NCBI GenBank assembly: GCA_964523895.1 | Contig: CAZGBJ010000001.1 | Span: forward strand, 93,633 to 157,632 | Source of the DNA: an uncultured Enterobacteriaceae bacterium | GTDB taxonomy: Bacteria > Pseudomonadota > Gammaproteobacteria > Eutrophobiales > Eutrophobiaceae | DNA: 64,000 bases | Direction: 5' to 3' | Shown: piece by piece, positions 43,216 through 53,324 of the stretch | Layout: every line of letters starts with the position of its first letter | How positions within the stretch are numbered: the stretch's first letter is position 1 | Position numbers and translations under genes: made by a program | Notes under the pieces: generated by a model | What the model saw: only the letters and a program-made list of their open reading frames with translations | Told to the model about the DNA's origin: nothing | Databases searched by the model: none

Positions 43216-44177
43216 TATTGATCTCTCCTTTTTTCGCCAATAATTCTGACTTCCGGAATTAGTTTGATCGCATACTTTTCATATACTGTTGCCTGAATCA
43301 GTTCGATCAATTTTTCTATATCTAATGACGTTGCATTACCTGTATTAATAATAAAATTTGCATGCTTTTCCGAAACAGTCGCACCACCACATTGTTTTCC
43401 TTTCAGCCCACATGAATCAATTAACCTGGCCGCATGATCACTTTCAGGATTTCTAAACACCGAACCACAACTGTGTTGTCCTAAAGGTTGTGCCTGTGCA
43501 CGTTCACTTAATATGTTTTTTATACTTTTTTCGATTTGCTCTCTGTCTGAAATATCCAATTCCAGAGCACAGGCAATAAACCATTCATCATCGGCAAGCG
43601 AAACACTACGGTAACCAATTTCAAACTGGTCGCTGGAATAGGTCTGGCGTTCTCCTTTTCTATTTATTGTTTCTACTTGTTTTACATAGCGCCAAATTTC
43701 ACCACCATAAGCACCGGCATTCATAGCCAAAGCCCCGCCAATAGAACCGGGTATAGAGGCTAAGAACTCAATGCCTGATAAACCTTGTGTTGCAGCAAAA
43801 CGTGCTGCTTTTGCACAGGTAACACCAGCACCTAAAGTCATGCCATTTTCACCAGTGCATTCAAGTTCACTAAGTACGCCAACAACAGAGATTACGGCGC
43901 CTGGTAGTCCACCATCACGCACTAATAAATTACTACCCAAACCTACCCAGGTAACTGGCATGTCACTTGGCAAGTTGGACATAAATACAGATAAATCATC
44001 ACTATCAGCGGCGACGTAAAAATATTGTGCATTACCGCCAGTTTTCCATGACGTATGGCGTGACATTGGTTCTTGCTTTTGCAATTCACCACGTAACATT
44101 GATGTATCAATTTCAGTATTCATACTGTTATTAAAAATCACCTGCATCTGTTGCATTTCATTTTCTATACTCAACAA
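43215..44177 (-). CDS. murB: UDP-N-acetylenolpyruvoylglucosamine reductase MurB
   Basis: FAD-binding PCMH domain. Inserted between murC and ddl, as in Legionella- and Xanthomonas-type dcw clusters. Confidence 0.9.
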   Translation of the reverse strand: MLSIENEMQQMQVIFNNSMNTEIDTSMLRGELQKQEPMSRHTSWKTGGNAQYFYVAADSDDLSVFMSNLPSDMPVTWVGLGSNLLVRDGGLPGAVISVVGVLSELECTGENGMTLGAGVTCAKAARFAATQGLSGIEFLASIPGSIGGALAMNAGAYGGEIWRYVKQVETINRKGERQTYSSDQFEIGYRSVSLADDEWFIACALELDISDREQIEKSIKNILSERAQAQPLGQHSCGSVFRNPESDHAARLIDSCGLKGKQCGGATVSEKHANFIINTGNATSLDIEKLIELIQATVYEKYAIKLIPEVRIIGEKRRDQ

Positions 44178-44179
44178 AG

Positions 44180-45592
44180 TTAATGCACCGCAGTTGAGTA
44201 AAGCTGTTTCGATAAAGAACCAATATCACCGGCACCCAAGGTTAGTAACAAATCTTCTTCTTCAACTAGATTAGAAAGCACGTCCTGAACCGTTTCTTTA
44301 TCTTCGATAAAGATGGGGTCAACCTGTCCCCGTGACCGAATCGCACGGCATAAGGAACGACTATCTGCACCAGTAATCATTTCTTCACCCGCTGCATAAA
44401 CATCCAGGATTAATAAGCAATCTGCTTGTGACAAAACCTGACTAAAGTCTTCAAATAGATCACGCATGCGGGAAAAGCGATGTGGTTGATATACCACCAC
44501 CAGTCGTCGGTTCGGCCAACCCGCTTTAACAGCATCAAAAATGGCTTCTATCTCTGTTGGGTGATGAGCGTAGTCATCAATCAATGTGACGTTAATGTTA
44601 TTAAACTTGATATCACCACGAACGTGGCAACGACGTGATATACCCTGAAAATTAGATAAGGCATTAATAATGTCGTCATCACTAACACCGAGTTCATGCG
44701 CTATAGCGATAGATGCCAAGGCATTTAATAAATTGTGTTTCCCAGGTAGATTTAGTTCAACTTCCAACCAGTCTTTTTTATCTTTACGAGAAACTTTAAA
44801 CCAGGTTTTTGACTTCTCCTGCTTTATTAATTCCGCATTATAATCTGCCTCAAAATCCAGCCCATAAGTGACAACTGGTTTAGTTACTTCGGGTAGAATC
44901 TTACGTACGCCTTCATCGTCAATACATAACACGGCTAAACCATAAAAAGGTAATTGATATAAGAACTCAACAAAATTATGTCGTAAATTCGCAAAGTCGC
45001 CCGCATAAGCTTCAAGATGATCGGCGTCAATATTTGTTATTACAGCGATAACTGGATAAAGATGTAAGAAGGAGGCATCACTTTCATCGGCTTCAGCAAC
45101 AATATAATTTCCACTGCCAAGGCGTGCATGTACCCCCGAGCTATTTAACAAGCCACCTATAACATAAGTTGGATCGAGCCCGCCTTCAGCTAGGACACTT
45201 GCTACTAAACTTGTTGTTGTTGTTTTTCCATGCGTACCCGCTATAGCAATTCCCTGACTAAAACGCATGAGTTCTGCCAACATTTCTGCCCGGCGTACAA
45301 TAGGTATTCTGTTATTACGTGCAGCCACTAATTCTTCATTAGCTTCATCAATTGCACTTGTAATAACAACAACATCCGTTTCGCCTATGTTTTCAGCAGC
45401 ATGTCCGATGGTTACATTTACACCGAATGACTCCAGTCTTTGTGTGATTGCATTTTCTTTAATATCAGAACCCGTTACTTCATAACCAATGTTCTTCAAT
45501 ACTTCAGCGATGCCACCCATGCCGGCACCACCTATACCAACAAAGTGGATATGCTTCACCCGACCCATTTCATGTGTTAGCAAATCAGGCAT
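44180..45592 (-). CDS. murC: UDP-N-acetylmuramate--L-alanine ligase MurC
   Basis: RVKHIHFVGIGGAGMGGIAEVL matches E. coli MurC. The start is probably MPDLL. Confidence 0.9.
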   Translation of the reverse strand: MPDLLTHEMGRVKHIHFVGIGGAGMGGIAEVLKNIGYEVTGSDIKENAITQRLESFGVNVTIGHAAENIGETDVVVITSAIDEANEELVAARNNRIPIVRRAEMLAELMRFSQGIAIAGTHGKTTTTSLVASVLAEGGLDPTYVIGGLLNSSGVHARLGSGNYIVAEADESDASFLHLYPVIAVITNIDADHLEAYAGDFANLRHNFVEFLYQLPFYGLAVLCIDDEGVRKILPEVTKPVVTYGLDFEADYNAELIKQEKSKTWFKVSRKDKKDWLEVELNLPGKHNLLNALASIAIAHELGVSDDDIINALSNFQGISRRCHVRGDIKFNNINVTLIDDYAHHPTEIEAIFDAVKAGWPNRRLVVVYQPHRFSRMRDLFEDFSQVLSQADCLLILDVYAAGEEMITGADSRSLCRAIRSRGQVDPIFIEDKETVQDVLSNLVEEEDLLLTLGAGDIGSLSKQLYSTAVH

Positions 45593-46670
45593 GAATTGCC
45601 TCCAGACATATTTTCGCAACATCATTGGTCGCTTGTGGCTTAGACAGTGATCGTGCCTTAACTGCCATTTGCATTAGCTGTTCAGGCGCATGACATAGTT
45701 TCAATAAAAGATCTTTTAATTTCCCAATATTTAATTGTGCTTCCTGAATCAGAATTGCCGCACTTTCAACTGATAAATATTTTGCATTTTCCGTCTGGTG
45801 ATCATCGACAGCATAAGGAAATGGAATAAGTATCGAAGCACTACCCGATGCTGCTAACTCAGCAACCGTTAAAGCTCCCGCACGACAAACAACGATATCA
45901 GCCCAGGCATAAACCTCTGCCATATTATTAATGAACGGCATTACCTCTACATTTATACTGTATTCTTTATAAGCTTTTTCTGTGTCTGACAGATGTCGTT
46001 CGCCACATTGATGTTTAACTTCAAATTGATAATCACTACCCAGGGCAAACAATGTTTCAGGTATTATTTCATTTAATCTTTTCGCACCAAGACTGCCGCC
46101 AAGCACAAGTATTCTTAATAAATTTGAATCTCGATTCGCATATCGCTGCTCGGGCTCGGGTAGATTCACAATATCATTTCGTACAGGGTTCCCCGTTATA
46201 GTTAATTTTGCAGATTCCTTAAATGCCCCGGGAAATGCTGCCATAACAGAGACGGCAAATGGCGCTAATAACCGATTAGTTAAACCTGCTATTGCATTTT
46301 GTTCATGTATAAGAAGCGGTATGCGCATCATCCATGCAGCAATACCACCTGGCCCGCTTGCAAATCCACCCATGCCTAAAACAACAACAGGACGAATTTT
46401 TATCATAATCATTAATGCCTGAAATAATGCAATCATTAACATGAAGGGCGTTAACAACAAACGTATAAAACCATTACCTCTTACTCCAGCCACATTAATT
46501 TTCAATAAAGGGTAGCCATGATTTGGAACAACTCTGGCTTCCATACCTTTACTGGTTCCCAACCAGAACAATTGGAAACCTTTTTCTTTCAGATTATCTG
46601 CAACAGCCAATGCCGGATAAACATGTCCGCCTGTGCCACCTGCCATAATAAGAATATTTTTATCACGCAT
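45585..46670 (-). CDS. murG: Undecaprenyl-PP-MurNAc-pentapeptide-UDPGlcNAc GlcNAc transferase MurG
   Basis: ILIMAGGTGGHVYPALAVA motif. The start is probably MRDKNIL. Confidence 0.9.
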   Translation of the reverse strand: MRDKNILIMAGGTGGHVYPALAVADNLKEKGFQLFWLGTSKGMEARVVPNHGYPLLKINVAGVRGNGFIRLLLTPFMLMIALFQALMIMIKIRPVVVLGMGGFASGPGGIAAWMMRIPLLIHEQNAIAGLTNRLLAPFAVSVMAAFPGAFKESAKLTITGNPVRNDIVNLPEPEQRYANRDSNLLRILVLGGSLGAKRLNEIIPETLFALGSDYQFEVKHQCGERHLSDTEKAYKEYSINVEVMPFINNMAEVYAWADIVVCRAGALTVAELAASGSASILIPFPYAVDDHQTENAKYLSVESAAILIQEAQLNIGKLKDLLLKLCHAPEQLMQMAVKARSLSKPQATNDVAKICLEAIHA

Positions 46671-47871
46671 AGGCGGGCACCACTTTTGGAATAGTATTGC
46701 GAGCATCTTGTCTATTCTCATATTCAATGCGTAGCAAAATTCCCAGCAACATACAGTAGACAATTAAACTATTACCACCATAACTCATTAATGGTAGCGT
46801 CAATCCTTTAGTAGGAAGAACGCCCATATTCACACCAATGTTGATATAAGCCTGAATACCAATAATCAAACCAATACCATAGGCAAAATAGGCAGCAAAG
46901 AATTTTTCAACTCGTTCAGCAATATGTCCAATAACAAAAGCACGCCAAACAATAAATGAATATAGAAATATCATGATAATGCTTCCAAAAAGCCCAAGCT
47001 CTTCAGCAAGTACAGAAAATACAAAATCAGTATGCGCTTCAGGCAAGTAAAAAAGTTTTTGTACGCTACTACCAAGACCAACACCAAACCAATCACCACG
47101 ACCGAAAGCAATTAAGGCTTGTGTTAACTGAAATCCGCTGTCGTAAGGATCCTTCCAAGGGTCGACAAAACTCATCAGACGTTGCATACGATAGGGAGAC
47201 AAAATAGCAAGTGTAATTAATGTACTGATCGCAACAGAACCCCATGCACAAAAGCGACTTAAAGGAACGCCTGCCATGAATAACATGCCTAAGGCGGTAA
47301 CAAATAAGACAACACTGGCACCAAAGTCAGGTTCGAGTAATAACAAACCAGAGATTAGTGTCATTACACCGATTGGTCTAATAAAGCCTTTAAAATCTGT
47401 TTGCACTGTTTCACCATGGCGAACCAGATAACTGGCAAGATAAGCAATGATGCATAACTTAACTGGTTCTGATGCCTGCAATGAAAAAGGGCCTAATTGT
47501 ATCCAGCGCATACTGCCATTAACTTCCTTGCCAACACCTGGGATAAGAATTAATACCAGCATAAAAATTGCTGTCATTAATAAGGTCATACTTCCCATTT
47601 CCCATAAACGCATGGGAATTTTCAAAATAATCAGCGCTAGAGACAAGCCAATAGTTGCTGCAAGACCCTGGCGCCAAAAGTAATGTAATGGATCATCAAA
47701 CTCTCTGGCAGAAATTGAAATAGAGGCTGATGTCACCATAATCAGACCCATAAAAATAATTAGCAATGAAATGCCCATTAACCAAAGATCATAACCCGCG
47801 ATTAATTTATTCTTAATGTGATAATGCGAAGCTAAAGTTGCTTGTTGTTTATATCGTGCAGACATCAACAA
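46663..47871 (-). CDS. ftsW: Peptidoglycan glycosyltransferase/lipid II flippase FtsW (SEDS)
   Basis: Ten TM helices; member of the SEDS family. Sits between murD and murG. Confidence 0.9.
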   Translation of the reverse strand: MLMSARYKQQATLASHYHIKNKLIAGYDLWLMGISLLIIFMGLIMVTSASISISAREFDDPLHYFWRQGLAATIGLSLALIILKIPMRLWEMGSMTLLMTAIFMLVLILIPGVGKEVNGSMRWIQLGPFSLQASEPVKLCIIAYLASYLVRHGETVQTDFKGFIRPIGVMTLISGLLLLEPDFGASVVLFVTALGMLFMAGVPLSRFCAWGSVAISTLITLAILSPYRMQRLMSFVDPWKDPYDSGFQLTQALIAFGRGDWFGVGLGSSVQKLFYLPEAHTDFVFSVLAEELGLFGSIIMIFLYSFIVWRAFVIGHIAERVEKFFAAYFAYGIGLIIGIQAYINIGVNMGVLPTKGLTLPLMSYGGNSLIVYCMLLGILLRIEYENRQDARNTIPKVVPAYA

Positions 47872-49244
47872 ACCTCCAGTGCATTCACTGCGGAAACAAA
47901 TGCATCACCGCGTTGTTGATAATTTGTATACATATCCAGACTAGCGCAAGCCGGCGCAAGTAATACTAAATCACCCGATTCGGCTAGTTGTTTAGCGAAC
48001 TTGACTGCTTCATCCATATCAGCAACAAATTCATATATGACTTTCGAATCTATAACATCTGCTAATTTATTTGCATCAACACCCATCAATAACACTTTTT
48101 TCACATGTTGTTTAATAACAGAATTTAGACTGGACAAATCAGCTCCTTTACTATCGCCACCCGCAATAAGAATAATATTACCCAGATCACACAGACCTTC
48201 TATTGAGGCAATACAGGCGCCCACATTCGTCGCTTTGGAATCGTTATACCAACTAACATTATTTACTGTTTTAACCAGCTGACATCGATGTTCCAGGCCA
48301 TTAAAGTTTTTCAATGTTTCAACCATCGCATCAATGGGAACTTTAACTGAACTTGCCAAGGCCATTGCAGCCAGAGCATTAGCTACATTATGTTCACCCG
48401 TAATACCAAGTTCTTTCTGTTTAATAATTTTCTTATCACCCTGACATAAGAAAATTTCACCTTTGTCTTCAGTAACTCCAAAATTATTTCCATCTGCTTT
48501 GGATACAGAGAAAGTAATGATTTGTCTTGAGTCATCAGTCATCGCATTAACGACGTCATCATCTTGATTAATGACCATTAAACCCTGTCCTGAATAAATC
48601 TTGTTCTTTGCACCAATATATTCTTCAAGGCTTGCATAGCGATCCATATGATCAGGCGATACATTTAGTACCACGCTTGCATGCGCATTCAGAGAAAAAG
48701 TTGTTTCTAATTGAAAGCTGGACAACTCAAGCACATATAGATCTGGAATAGATTCATTCAATAACTCAAGTGCCGGCGTACCCAGATTGCCGCCAACACA
48801 CGTTTTTAAACCTGCGTTACGAGTCATCTCCGCTACCAATGTCGTCACCGTACTCTTTCCGTTAGAACCTGATATTGCAATTATTGGCGCCTTAGCTTGT
48901 CGACAAAATAATTCAATATCTCCAAAGACTGGAATGCCGTTCTCAATAGCCTGCTTAACACTATTGTTTTCCAGCGAAATTCCCGGACTCAAAATTACCT
49001 GGTCTGACGCCAATAATACGTCAGAGTTAATTTCACCAAGATACGCAGGGATAGCTTCAAACTCATTTTTTAAGACCGACAATTCTGGTGGCTCACTGCG
49101 GCTATCTGTAATTGCAATATTCAAACCTTGCATACTTAAATAACGAACACACGAAAGCCCGGTCTTGCCAAGACCAACAATAACCGCATCGTAATGAAGA
49201 TTAACTTCATCCATCGTTATCTTTTTTTCCATAACACAAAGCAA
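47865..49244 (-). CDS. murD: UDP-N-acetylmuramoylalanine--D-glutamate ligase MurD
   Basis: Mur ligase motifs (GSNGKST). Confidence 0.9.
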   Translation of the reverse strand: MLCVMEKKITMDEVNLHYDAVIVGLGKTGLSCVRYLSMQGLNIAITDSRSEPPELSVLKNEFEAIPAYLGEINSDVLLASDQVILSPGISLENNSVKQAIENGIPVFGDIELFCRQAKAPIIAISGSNGKSTVTTLVAEMTRNAGLKTCVGGNLGTPALELLNESIPDLYVLELSSFQLETTFSLNAHASVVLNVSPDHMDRYASLEEYIGAKNKIYSGQGLMVINQDDDVVNAMTDDSRQIITFSVSKADGNNFGVTEDKGEIFLCQGDKKIIKQKELGITGEHNVANALAAMALASSVKVPIDAMVETLKNFNGLEHRCQLVKTVNNVSWYNDSKATNVGACIASIEGLCDLGNIILIAGGDSKGADLSSLNSVIKQHVKKVLLMGVDANKLADVIDSKVIYEFVADMDEAVKFAKQLAESGDLVLLAPACASLDMYTNYQQRGDAFVSAVNALEVC

Positions 49245-49254
49245 GTGACATTCC

Positions 49255-50337
49255 TCAACGTATCTTCAGGCTTGCAAGGCCAATCAAAACCAGAATAACG
49301 GTAATAATCCAGAAGCGAACGATAACCCGGGGTTCTGGCCAACCTTTAAGTTCATAATGATGATGTAACGGCGCCATTTTAAAAATTCTTTTTCCGGTCA
49401 ACTTATATGAAACAACTTGTAATATGACCGAAATAGTTTCCACCACAAAAACTCCGCCCATAATAAAAAGAGCTAATTCTTGTCTAACAACTACGGCAAC
49501 TACGCCTAATGCGGCACCTAGTGATAATGCGCCAATATCACCCATAAAAACCTGTGCCGGGTACGTGTTAAACCAGAGAAACCCCAGACCTGCTCCAGCA
49601 ATTGCGCCACAAAAAATAGCCACTTCACCAACACCGGGAACGTATGGAATGGACAGATATTCTGCAAAACGAATATGGCCTGTTGCGTAAGCAAAAATAG
49701 CAAGCGCACCAGCAACTAAAACCGTGGGTAAAATAGCCAGCCCATCGAGACCATCTGTTAAATTAACTGCATTGCTTGAACCAACGATGACAAAGTAAGT
49801 AAGCACGACATACAACCAGCCCATATCGAACACAAATGATTTCACAAAAGGAACAATTAACTGTGTTTCAACAGCAAGCGTTGCGGATTGATAGAGATAA
49901 ACTCCTGCACCCAAACCAACAATTGATTGAGCCAGGTATTTATACTTTGCACTTAAACCTTTCGGATCGTTGTTAATTACTTTTTTATAATCATCAATTA
50001 AACCTATAACACCAAACAACAAAGTAACTATCAAGACAACCAATACATAACGGTTATTAATATCGGCCCAACATAAGGTACTAAATGTAATGGATATTAA
50101 AATCAATAAACCACCCATAGTAGGCGTACCCGCTTTCTCAAAATGAGTTTCCGGACCATCATCTCTTACGCTTTGACCGATTTGTTTATTTGTTAAATGC
50201 TGTATCAAATAAGGACCGAAAATAAATGAAACAAATAACGATGTCAGCACACCCAATATTATTCTTAATGTTAAATATCCGAATACATTGAAGCCGCTAT
50301 CAAACTGGGTAAGATATTCTGTTAGCCAGAGCAACAT
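49255..50337 (-). CDS. mraY: Phospho-N-acetylmuramoyl-pentapeptide transferase MraY
   Basis: [10 protein letters not shown]-terminus. 360 aa. Polytopic membrane protein. Confidence 0.95.
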   Translation of the reverse strand: MLLWLTEYLTQFDSGFNVFGYLTLRIILGVLTSLFVSFIFGPYLIQHLTNKQIGQSVRDDGPETHFEKAGTPTMGGLLILISITFSTLCWADINNRYVLVVLIVTLLFGVIGLIDDYKKVINNDPKGLSAKYKYLAQSIVGLGAGVYLYQSATLAVETQLIVPFVKSFVFDMGWLYVVLTYFVIVGSSNAVNLTDGLDGLAILPTVLVAGALAIFAYATGHIRFAEYLSIPYVPGVGEVAIFCGAIAGAGLGFLWFNTYPAQVFMGDIGALSLGAALGVVAVVVRQELALFIMGGVFVVETISVILQVVSYKLTGKRIFKMAPLHHHYELKGWPEPRVIVRFWIITVILVLIGLASLKIR

Positions 50338-51696
50338 TTATTTCCGCTCCTCTGTTAATGCATTAACTATGCGTTCCATCTGCATAGCACGCGAACCTTT
50401 GACCAGAATAGTTGTATCTTTATCAAGATAATTCATCAAAGCCTCATTTAATTCATCATGAGATTCAAAATAATAGGAATCAGAACCAAAGCCTTGTAAA
50501 GCACTAATGCTTAATTCGCCTAGAGCAAATAATTTGTCTATACCTAACTGCTTGGCTAATACACCCGCATTTTTATGAAGTTCTATCTCTGTACTACCTA
50601 ACTCACCCATATCTGCAAGAACAAGATATTTAGAACCCTTGTAATGGCTTAGCACTTTTAACGCAGCCTCAAGTGATGTTGGGTTGGCGTTATAAGTATC
50701 ATCAATAATCCGGGCGCCTTGTTTGCCTGCTTTTATTTGCAAACGTCCTTTAACTGGCAACATATTTTCAAGGCCGTTTTTGATTGTTGTTAAAGAAATA
50801 TCCAGACTCAAACAACAAGCAGTAGCTGCAAGTGCATTCATAACATTATGCTCACCACAAAGAGGCAACATAATTTCAATAGATGCTTGCGCGCAGATTA
50901 ATTCAAATTGAACCGATGAACTTTCTGCTGAGACCTTAATATTTTTTGCACGAACATCAGCATGTTCAGATTCAATTCCAAATCCAAGTTGATTTAAATG
51001 TTCACACGACTCTTTCCAATAAGTTGCATACTCATCATCAACATTTATTATTGCCGTACCTGAAGATTGCAAACCTGAATATATTTCTGCTTTTGCTTTA
51101 GCGACACCATCGATACTGCCAAAACCTTCAAGATGTGCAGGCGCGCATTGTGTAATCACCGCAACATTTGGACGGGCTATTGCACTTAACCATTCAATTT
51201 CACCTGGATGGTTGGCACCCATTTCAACTACTGCATACTGATGCTTTTTATCGAGACCAAATAAAGTTAATGGAACACCAATGTCGTTGTTAAGATTTTC
51301 CGACGTTGCATGCACTTCAGAAATTTTAGATAAAATACCACTGACCATCTCTTTGACTGTGGTCTTGCCATTACTACCGGTTATGGCAATCAACGGAATG
51401 CTTATTTCTTCACGCCAGGATTTTGCTAACAGACCCATTGCCTTGCGTGCTTCTTTTACTTGTAATACAGGTTTTGTGTTTCTTGCTTCTCGCTCAAGCA
51501 TTAAAGAAGATGCACCGTTTTCTTCAGCTACAGACACATAATCATGGCCATCAAAATGTTCGCCTGTTAATGCAATAAATAAATTTCCATCTTTAATCGT
51601 GCGACTATCAGTACTACAGCCGGAAAAGATAATATCTTCACCAATAAAATTTGAATTGGTGGCGGCAGCTGCTTTTGAAAGTGACATACTAATCAT
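50338..51696 (-). CDS. murF: UDP-MurNAc-tripeptide--D-alanyl-D-alanine ligase MurF
   Basis: Mur ligase with GSNGKTT motif. Confidence 0.9.
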   Translation of the reverse strand: MISMSLSKAAAATNSNFIGEDIIFSGCSTDSRTIKDGNLFIALTGEHFDGHDYVSVAEENGASSLMLEREARNTKPVLQVKEARKAMGLLAKSWREEISIPLIAITGSNGKTTVKEMVSGILSKISEVHATSENLNNDIGVPLTLFGLDKKHQYAVVEMGANHPGEIEWLSAIARPNVAVITQCAPAHLEGFGSIDGVAKAKAEIYSGLQSSGTAIINVDDEYATYWKESCEHLNQLGFGIESEHADVRAKNIKVSAESSSVQFELICAQASIEIMLPLCGEHNVMNALAATACCLSLDISLTTIKNGLENMLPVKGRLQIKAGKQGARIIDDTYNANPTSLEAALKVLSHYKGSKYLVLADMGELGSTEIELHKNAGVLAKQLGIDKLFALGELSISALQGFGSDSYYFESHDELNEALMNYLDKDTTILVKGSRAMQMERIVNALTEERK

Positions 51697-53201
51697 GAAT
51701 CACCTCCCATTAAGCGCCTGGCTAATTCCCGATCACTAAATGGAGACAGTGTTGAACCAATCTGTTGCGTTGTTTCGTGGCCTTTACCAGCAATTAAAAC
51801 CACATCATCTTTACCGGCACATAGAAAGGTATTTATGATTGCATCAGAGCGATCATATTTAATCACTACCTGAGATTTTTCTTTAATCCCTTCAAGAATA
51901 TTTTCAACAATTTTTTCTTCTGATTCTGTACGCGGATTATCATTCGTTAAAATAATCTGGTCAGATAAGGATTCTGCAATTGCTCCCATTTGCGATCGTT
52001 TGCCTACATCACGATCACCACCACAACCAAAGACACAATACAATTTCCCGGCGCAATAAGAACGCAATGTAGTTAATACTTTTTCAAGTGCGTCAGGAGT
52101 ATGTGCGTAGTCAACTACCAGCAATGGTTTTGACTCAGAAGAAAAATATTCCATCCGCCCAGGTATGCCAGTAAATTGAGATAGTGCCGCAGCTACTTTT
52201 TCAGGCTGAAAACCTGACACACATAATGTTGAAAATGCGGCGAGGATATTCTCTACATTAAACTTCCCCAGCAGGCCTGTTTGTGTAGTGACTTGTCCCC
52301 ACGGACTTTGTATTGTCAGATTTGTTTTAAAATGATCCGTTTCAATTTTTTCACAAGAAATAAACGAAACATCTTTTCTATTTGATTCAAGTTGATTTAT
52401 TTTTGTAGAGTACGAAAAAATATTTAACTCTGTCGGCAATATATCTATCAGTTGAATACCATAAGCATCATCAACATTAACAATGGCGTGTTTAAGACCC
52501 GATGTTTGAAACAGTTGAAATTTCGCATCAGCATAATCTTCATACGTACTATGATAATCAAGGTGGTCGCGACTCAAATTGGTAAACACGCCGATATTAA
52601 ATTCGGTTCCACCTACTCTGCCCTGATCGAGTGCATGAGAAGATACTTCCATCACGACAGAATCAACTTCATCTCTCCAGTTAGAAAACAGAGAATGTAA
52701 CTTAACTGGATCGGGCGTCGTTATATTGGCTGATTCAATTTTTCCAAATCGACCATTACCTATTGTTCCAATAACAGCGGACTGCTTTCCAAGCATAAAT
52801 AAAACTTCGGCGATCATGTACGAGACTGTTGTCTTGCCATTAGTTCCCGTAACGCCAATAACCTGCATTTCTTTTGATGGTTCATCATAAAATCGACTTA
52901 TTATGATGCCGGTCTGCTTACGTAAATTAGATACTTTAACTACTGTTACTGCTTGTGATTGCAGATTAACTTCTTCATCTTCGTCAATTGCAATTGCAAC
53001 AGCACCTGCACGAATTGCATCATCTATATAATCAATGCCATTAACTTGTGTTCCACGGTATGCCATAAATAGATCGCCTGATTCAACTTCTCTACTATCG
53101 ATAGCAACACCTGTAATATCAATTGAAACATTAACTTCAGCCAGGCCACTTAATAGTTCAGCTAGTGATTTAGAATAATTCAATTTCTCAATCGTCATCA
53201 T
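51693..53201 (-). CDS. murE: UDP-MurNAc-L-Ala-D-Glu--2,6-diaminopimelate ligase MurE
   Basis: Mur ligase with GTNGKTT motif. The DNPR motif near the C-terminus indicates meso-DAP specificity. Confidence 0.9.
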   Translation of the reverse strand: MMTIEKLNYSKSLAELLSGLAEVNVSIDITGVAIDSREVESGDLFMAYRGTQVNGIDYIDDAIRAGAVAIAIDEDEEVNLQSQAVTVVKVSNLRKQTGIIISRFYDEPSKEMQVIGVTGTNGKTTVSYMIAEVLFMLGKQSAVIGTIGNGRFGKIESANITTPDPVKLHSLFSNWRDEVDSVVMEVSSHALDQGRVGGTEFNIGVFTNLSRDHLDYHSTYEDYADAKFQLFQTSGLKHAIVNVDDAYGIQLIDILPTELNIFSYSTKINQLESNRKDVSFISCEKIETDHFKTNLTIQSPWGQVTTQTGLLGKFNVENILAAFSTLCVSGFQPEKVAAALSQFTGIPGRMEYFSSESKPLLVVDYAHTPDALEKVLTTLRSYCAGKLYCVFGCGGDRDVGKRSQMGAIAESLSDQIILTNDNPRTESEEKIVENILEGIKEKSQVVIKYDRSDAIINTFLCAGKDDVVLIAGKGHETTQQIGSTLSPFSDRELARRLMGGDS

Positions 53202-53207
53202 CCTGTA

Positions 53208-53313
53208 AACCTCAGTTGACCGGCAAAATTGCCTAATTGGCTATCACCTAAATTAATATAACGTTCTATTTTGAAATACATATTCGTGTTCTTGTGCCGG
53301 TCAACTGAGGTTT
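53208..53313. repeat. Perfect 19-bp inverted repeat (AAACCTCAGTTGACCGGCA ... TGCCGGTCAACTGAGGTTT) flanking a 68-bp AT-rich spacer in the ftsI-murE intergenic region
   Basis: Read directly: arm 1 at 53208-53226 and arm 2 at 53295-53313, exact reverse complements. With the flanking bases the arms extend to ~24 bp with one mismatch. The 3' arm on the mRNA ends 6 nt before the murE AUG and covers its RBS. Confidence 0.7.
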
Positions 53314-53324
53314 CCAGGATCATA

